A stretch of 10,779 nucleotides of DNA from Fidelibacterota bacterium (GTDB lineage: Bacteria > Fidelibacterota > Marinisomatia > Marinisomatales > S15-B10): contig PBTS01000041.1 of NCBI GenBank assembly GCA_002729175.1, forward strand, positions 2,591 through 13,369, read 5' to 3'. The notes under the pieces are model-generated. The model was not told the DNA's origin. It was given only the letters and a program-made list of their open reading frames with translations, and did not search any database. Both the position numbers and the translations under genes were made by a program. Position 1 is the stretch's first letter; each line of letters opens with the position of its first letter. Of the stretch, positions 5,702 through 10,779 are shown one piece after another.

Positions 5702-7408
5702 TTATCCACCTGCAATAGCGAACATTAATCCAACTAATATTGCAACAAAAATCCAACTGACGATAAATCCAATAATGGATATTTTTGAAGGTCTTAATAT
5801 TTCCAAATTATTGGTGGAAAATAGTTTTTTGGCTTTTGAAACAGTAACATTTTCTGGAATTGTACAAGGTTTACTAATGAAAGATTCATTGGCTAATACA
5901 GGTGTTCGAGCCAAAGCATAAAAATTATCCAGCTTTTGTTTCTCAACAGGCTGAGTGAACAAACTGACAGCTATACCGGTACAGACTCCTGTGATTAAAT
6001 AAAATATCATTTGCCAGGGAAGATAGATTTCAGCTCCTGTAGCTTTTTCTACAACAAATCGGGCATTGTCAGCAATGGGTAATGATCCGATTAATGAAAT
6101 AAATGTGGGCAGGGTTGTTATCCACCACATAAAAAATGCGGAAAAGGTCGCAGCCCAGGCACCTGCAACCGTTGCTCTGCGCCAAAATAGGCCGAGCCAA
6201 AAAACGATTCCCATCATAGGTGAAATCTTCCAAAATATTTCTAATCCTTTCACAACACCAGGCAGCCAGAAGGCAAAACTAACTCCACCCGCAACGATTA
6301 TTAATGATGCGATGCGACCAATCTGAATATAATGTTTAGATGATTTTTTTGGCATGAAGGGACGATAAATATTTTCAGTAAAAAGCGCTGAAGATGCGAT
6401 CATGAAAGAATCACACGAACTCATAACTGATGCCAATAATGATGCCAGAAAAATTCCTAAAAGTCCCGGCATGATTTGTGGTAAAAAGTCGCGAGCCATT
6501 AAACCATACACTTTATCGGGATCAATGTTGTCTCCGATCAGATAAGCTACCGCTGCCAAGCCGGTCAGGCTCCAGGCCACAGTGCAAAAACGTTTGATAA
6601 AATTCCCGCATGTAACTCCAATCCGACCATCCATTTCAGTTTTGCCCGCGGCACAGTTTCCCATTGTGTGTGGTTGCGTTACCCACCCAACCAATCCATT
6701 GATGGAAATAACGACAATGTAGAAAATACCAATTTCTTCAGGAGCGATAAGTGAAAACATATTCGGATCAGTAATGGTTCGATGCATTCCTTCTAAGCCA
6801 CCTACCGCACTTAAAACAAATGGCAAAAGAAAAAACGAAAAAATAATCGTTAGAATCCCTTGGATAAAATCAGTGACAATTGCCGCGGTCAACCCTCCTG
6901 CTATACCATATATTAGAAAAAGGATTGTCATGATAACAATAATGGTTGAGGAGGATATTGTCTCTCCAAATGTTGCTGAAATAATAGCACTGGATCCCTT
7001 CAGAATGAGACCAATATTCACCATCAGATTTACCATGCCTATGAACGCATATAACATCCCCACACTTTGATCGTATCTTGCAACGAAAACATCCGCCATG
7101 GTTATAGCACGAAATCGCCGAAGTAACGGTGCGATCAACCAGTAGAAGGGTGTAACAAAAAGCCATAACCATTGATACCAAATTCCTGATAAACCACTAC
7201 TGAATGTTTTGGATGCAACACCAACAGCCTGATCTGAATGAGTTCCTGTTCCAAAGCCATGCATCATTAAAGAAAATTTTCCAAATTTCCGTGGCATAAA
7301 AAAATCATCAACTGTCTTGATCTTTTTCGAAGTCCAGATACCAATGACAGTAATCCCCAAAAAATAAAGGATCAATACTATAAAGTCAGTTATATGTAAT
7401 CCAGACAA
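5702..7408 (-). CDS. Sodium:solute symporter (SSS/SLC5-like) family transporter
   Basis: 568 aa polytopic membrane protein with N-terminal DFIVLILYFLGITVIGIW and SSS motifs YGIAGGLTAAIVTDFIQG and GLLGIFLASLLASVMSS. The start codon is TTG. Confidence 0.93.
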   Translation of the reverse strand: MSGLHITDFIVLILYFLGITVIGIWTSKKIKTVDDFFMPRKFGKFSLMMHGFGTGTHSDQAVGVASKTFSSGLSGIWYQWLWLFVTPFYWLIAPLLRRFRAITMADVFVARYDQSVGMLYAFIGMVNLMVNIGLILKGSSAIISATFGETISSSTIIVIMTILFLIYGIAGGLTAAIVTDFIQGILTIIFSFFLLPFVLSAVGGLEGMHRTITDPNMFSLIAPEEIGIFYIVVISINGLVGWVTQPHTMGNCAAGKTEMDGRIGVTCGNFIKRFCTVAWSLTGLAAVAYLIGDNIDPDKVYGLMARDFLPQIMPGLLGIFLASLLASVMSSCDSFMIASSALFTENIYRPFMPKKSSKHYIQIGRIASLIIVAGGVSFAFWLPGVVKGLEIFWKISPMMGIVFWLGLFWRRATVAGAWAATFSAFFMWWITTLPTFISLIGSLPIADNARFVVEKATGAEIYLPWQMIFYLITGVCTGIAVSLFTQPVEKQKLDNFYALARTPVLANESFISKPCTIPENVTVSKAKKLFSTNNLEILRPSKISIIGFIVSWIFVAILVGLMFAIAGG

Positions 7409-7414
7409 TTACTA

Positions 7415-8191
7415 CTACAGGAGTAAAGATTTAATAATTTCGTCAGCCTCTTTATATGACTCCATGTCTCCAATATCTAAACGGCCTTTATCAGAAAAAA
7501 ATGCATTTACTGTTTCCACTTGGCACAAATAGTCAACAAAATTACCCATTTCATTGTTTGCTCCTTCATTACTCAAATATTTTGTTAATTGGTGTTTAGC
7601 AGTCGATTTCAGGAAGTACAAGAGGGGACAAAATTGATTCGATGGTGGGTTGGTTGGTTTTTCGTATATACGTAAAACCTGATTCTCTTCAGAGAGCAAT
7701 AAGACACCTGTGCGGCGAAGACGCTCTTTATCCTCATCCATTAATGCCATAACAAAATGATCTTTCTTATTCAAAAATGATAACCAATACTCTTTTAACC
7801 TAAAAAGAGGGATGTTATCTCCCCCTACTACAAGAACTTCGGAGAAATGGGAAGTCTGTTGAAAAACAAAATCCAAATCCTTAGCTACTCCTAACCGGTT
7901 ATCATTAGATGTTGATCCATCATTTATAAGATGGATGGATTTGCCCATTTTCTTCATTGGAGTATCCCAATTCGTTTCCCATTCAATGAAGTGTTTAACA
8001 AACCGATCATTGGTTACTATATAAATATCATTTATTTCTTGCAGACTCATTATCTCTTCTATTAAATAATCTAAAGCCGGCTTACCTCCCACGGGGAGCA
8101 AAGGCTTAGGTCGATTTTTTGTTAGTGGATACATCCGTGTGCCATATCCCGCACATAAAATGACAGCGAATCTATTCTTTTTAAGACTCAC
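7415..8191 (-). CDS. Sugar-1-phosphate nucleotidyltransferase (NTP_transferase family)
   Basis: Signature AVILCAGYGTRMYPLT...PKPLLPVGGKP, plus GGDN, YEKP and C-terminal LDIG. The likely start is GTG at 8191, overlapping the kinase stop codon (TAGTG), rather than 8236. Confidence 0.92.
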   Translation of the reverse strand: MSLKKNRFAVILCAGYGTRMYPLTKNRPKPLLPVGGKPALDYLIEEIMSLQEINDIYIVTNDRFVKHFIEWETNWDTPMKKMGKSIHLINDGSTSNDNRLGVAKDLDFVFQQTSHFSEVLVVGGDNIPLFRLKEYWLSFLNKKDHFVMALMDEDKERLRRTGVLLLSEENQVLRIYEKPTNPPSNQFCPLLYFLKSTAKHQLTKYLSNEGANNEMGNFVDYLCQVETVNAFFSDKGRLDIGDMESYKEADEIIKSLLL

Positions 8192-9789
8192 TATTTGAGA
8201 GTTCTCAATACAGACGCACCTGAAATTGGATAACAAATGTGTGCATCAAATGGAATGTTTTGAGGTTGATAATACTGATCCCGTAGTTCATGAAGGACAT
8301 GTTCTGCACAATTATCTTTTGCCAAAATGGTCATATTCCCTCCCATACCAGCTCCGGCAAGTTGGGCGCCAACCGTCCCCGTGACACGATTAGCAATATC
8401 TACCATTTGGTCTATTTCCTTTGTGCTACAGCCATAATTTCCTGGAATGGAAGTGAGGGATGTTTCATTTTCTTCCATTTCCGCAAGATGACCCATTGTT
8501 GCAGAATGGTCGAAATCAAAAAAATCGCCACGATTGTTAAATGAAAATAGCCTGTCACCATTATGACTGGTATCAATGATGTTCTTTATTTCATTAAGAT
8601 CGCCTTTTAAAAGGTATTTATGAAAAGACTCACTTCTGGCACATTCACTCAATCCAAAAAGAATTACACCAATAAGGTCGTAAGTACCGGGATCTTTATG
8701 TGTCATGAAGATATCGGTCAATAATTCTTTCTGATCATCACCCAAAATATGGGTGATCTTTTCTCTAGTTGGATAAACTGGTAAACTAGAAACAGCCTTA
8801 AAGATATTTTTTACAGGGACATTTAATCTTTGAGGTATTAAATCTCGTAAATGGTGAACATTTTTTGCCGCCCCCCACTGTTGACGTAAAATCATCATTG
8901 CCAGTTTATAACACGCAACTCGCTGGTTAAAAATATCCTTTTTACTACCCACTTTTTTTGCAGCTGTACCACTGTAAGCAATAATTACTTTCAAATTTTC
9001 AGGCATTGGTGTATTGGATGAAATATGAAGTGGGAAAAATCCGATGGTAGAGACCATCCCTTTTTCAGCGGTAATAATGGCAGCCGGATCAGCTTTCCCT
9101 CCATGAAATCCAAGAAATAATTCAGATTCACCAATCATTTCAATTAACAGATCTTTTGAGATGTGAATATTGTTAAGTGTAAGGAGTGCTTGCGAAAAAG
9201 CGACTCCAAGGGCACTGCTGGATGATAGTCCTGATCCAACGGGTATATTCCCACTGAAAATACAATCTATCCCTTTTAGTCGAACATCCGGGAAATGGAG
9301 TTGTAAGCGATAAAAAGCTGCAAGAATGTACATGCTCCAATCATCAGGTATAGACTTGTTCAAATTCTGAACTTGGCTTGATCTTACAAATGTTTCCCAA
9401 TCCGAAAATGTTGCAATATCTAGTAATGTATTGGGTTTTAATTTTCTGGCTGGGAATTGTGTGGAATTCACATTTTTTATATTAATAATATTATCTTTGC
9501 GTGGTGATGCTACGAGTAAGATTTCTTTATCAATTGCTATTGTGTTAACGTACCCGCCTTGGTGATCTATATGTCGCCCCATTAAATTCACACGAGCTGG
9601 GGCTCTTGAAATTATTATTTTTTTCTTCTCGTTATAGACTTTGATAAAGTGCTCAACCAGTTTAGTGATGGCGCTCAGTCGTTCATTATTCACGGTCAAT
9701 TGCTCTCCGTAGATATCAGCAAATTCCCGCTGGATATCACCCGCTTTAGAGTTCAACTTATTTAGGCATCGTGAAGCAGTTGTAATCAA
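8191..9789 (-). CDS. Galactokinase-like GHMP sugar kinase with an atypical sugar-binding motif
   Basis: Motif I APARVNLMGRHIDHQGG, ATP loop IPVGSGLSSSSA, putative catalytic Asp in GGKADP and motif III GAQLAGAGMGG. The TTG start is uncertain. Confidence 0.9.
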   Translation of the reverse strand: MITTASRCLNKLNSKAGDIQREFADIYGEQLTVNNERLSAITKLVEHFIKVYNEKKKIIISRAPARVNLMGRHIDHQGGYVNTIAIDKEILLVASPRKDNIINIKNVNSTQFPARKLKPNTLLDIATFSDWETFVRSSQVQNLNKSIPDDWSMYILAAFYRLQLHFPDVRLKGIDCIFSGNIPVGSGLSSSSALGVAFSQALLTLNNIHISKDLLIEMIGESELFLGFHGGKADPAAIITAEKGMVSTIGFFPLHISSNTPMPENLKVIIAYSGTAAKKVGSKKDIFNQRVACYKLAMMILRQQWGAAKNVHHLRDLIPQRLNVPVKNIFKAVSSLPVYPTREKITHILGDDQKELLTDIFMTHKDPGTYDLIGVILFGLSECARSESFHKYLLKGDLNEIKNIIDTSHNGDRLFSFNNRGDFFDFDHSATMGHLAEMEENETSLTSIPGNYGCSTKEIDQMVDIANRVTGTVGAQLAGAGMGGNMTILAKDNCAEHVLHELRDQYYQPQNIPFDAHICYPISGASVLRTLK

Positions 9790-9833
9790 TGAGTCTCGTG
9801 CCCCGCTTTGGTTTTATAAATTAAATTCCAGTC

Positions 9834-10778
9834 TTACAGATTATAATCATCTTTCCAATTCAAAACGGAGCTGTTTTCAATAGCATCCAGCGACATTTGT
9901 ACCATGATGGAAGCCTGAGCCCCTGTCAATTCATTGGAAATTGGCTTTGTATTATTGATGACGCTATCTCTGAAATCGATTATTGCCTGAAGTGTTGGAT
10001 CTATATGGTCAATCTCAATTGGATATCCTTTCGCTTCATCCCATTTTACGGATGCTCCCGTCACGCCATCTATAATACCCTTTTCCGGATCTTTCTTTAT
10101 TTCCGGATAAAACCAAGCTTCCCTATAGTCAAGTGTAATTGTACCCTCTTTACCTAATACTTTTATTTGGTAGTCCCCAAGAGCATTCGTTGTCAGAGAG
10201 GTAAATTTTGCTTTAACACCAGATGGGTATTCAAAAATGATGTGCACGTTGTCATAGGTTTCTCTGCCATCCTTCCAATAGTCTATGCCACCGGTTCCCA
10301 TAATCTTGGTGGGAGGACTTCCAAGCATCCAATTGGTAATATCCATTTGATGAGAGCATAATTCTGCAACCAACCCTCCGGAATATTCTTTATACATACG
10401 CCAGTTAATTAGGCGTTCCCATTTCGGGTCGGGCACTTCTCGTCTCCAGTCACCATTCCTGTTCCACTGACACGAGATGGCAGCAATTTCTCCAAGATCG
10501 CCTTCCTTAATCTTTTCAACTACGTGGGTATACAGCCTTGAACTGTGCCACTGATGCCCGGTCTGAAAGATTTTTCCCATAGACGAAACCTTATCTACCA
10601 CCTTTTTGGTTTCTTCTATCCCTTTTACCATTGTTTTTTCACAATACACATGCTTGCCGGCATCCAAGGCATCGATTGCCATGTGCCCATGTTCACTAAA
10701 TGGGGTTGATATGAACACACAATCTATGTCTTTATTGTCCAGTAATTTTTTATAGTCCTCGTATCCCTTTACTTTTCC
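9834..10778 (-). CDS. Gfo/Idh/MocA family NAD(P)-dependent oxidoreductase (5'-truncated by the window edge)
   Basis: The frame is open to the window end (GKVKGYEDYKKLLDNKDIDCVFISTP). Motifs AGKHVYCEK, FQTGHQ, NWRMYKEYSGGLVAELCSHQMD and GTGG are present. Confidence 0.93.
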   Translation of the reverse strand, partial: GKVKGYEDYKKLLDNKDIDCVFISTPFSEHGHMAIDALDAGKHVYCEKTMVKGIEETKKVVDKVSSMGKIFQTGHQWHSSRLYTHVVEKIKEGDLGEIAAISCQWNRNGDWRREVPDPKWERLINWRMYKEYSGGLVAELCSHQMDITNWMLGSPPTKIMGTGGIDYWKDGRETYDNVHIIFEYPSGVKAKFTSLTTNALGDYQIKVLGKEGTITLDYREAWFYPEIKKDPEKGIIDGVTGASVKWDEAKGYPIEIDHIDPTLQAIIDFRDSVINNTKPISNELTGAQASIMVQMSLDAIENSSVLNWKDDYNL

Positions 10779-10779
10779 G

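Noticed and set aside
5219..7181. Small ORFs 5219-5407, 5682-5921, 6066-6326, 6774-7070 and 6870-7181
   Set aside because: They overlap the CBM9-like or symporter genes in another frame or on the antisense strand, with no independent support.
8192..8236. Longer start of the nucleotidyltransferase at 8236
   Set aside because: It would overlap the kinase C-terminus by 46 nt. GTG at 8191 gives a typical stop/start overlap and places the signature motif near the N-terminus.
8290..10361. Plus-strand ORFs 8290-8544, 9897-10157 and 10167-10361
   Set aside because: Antisense shadows of the kinase and the oxidoreductase.
1..10779. CRISPR array, integron attC sites, transposase/integrase or defence genes
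   Set aside because: No regularly spaced repeats, attC-type core sites or corresponding protein motifs were seen.

Overview
A bacterial window with ten protein-coding genes, two of them truncated by the window edges. The genes fall into two compositionally different blocks joined at an intergenic region (3308-3733). The left block is GC-richer. It holds a partial hypothetical gene, convergent with a leftward cluster of three internally repeated proteins: a tandem Cys-rich TIGR04076-like protein, a seven-repeat FG-GAP-like beta-propeller lipoprotein and a tandem VOC/glyoxalase-fold lipoprotein. The two lipoproteins share a homologous 22-codon N-terminal signal cassette. The junction contains an isolated tRNA 3' fragment followed by a terminator, plus short repeats, which looks like an att-site scar of an integrative element. 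The right block is AT-richer. It holds a TauE/SafE exporter and a CBM9-like protein, convergent with a tightly coupled minus-strand operon: Gfo/Idh/MocA oxidoreductase, divergent galactokinase-like GHMP kinase, sugar-1-phosphate nucleotidyltransferase and Na+/solute symporter. The best candidate for a novel system is that operon. The kinase has GRHIDHQGG instead of the galactokinase GEHxDY motif, which suggests import, phosphorylation and activation (salvage) of an acidic sugar. All family calls come from motif recognition by eye; no database search was run.
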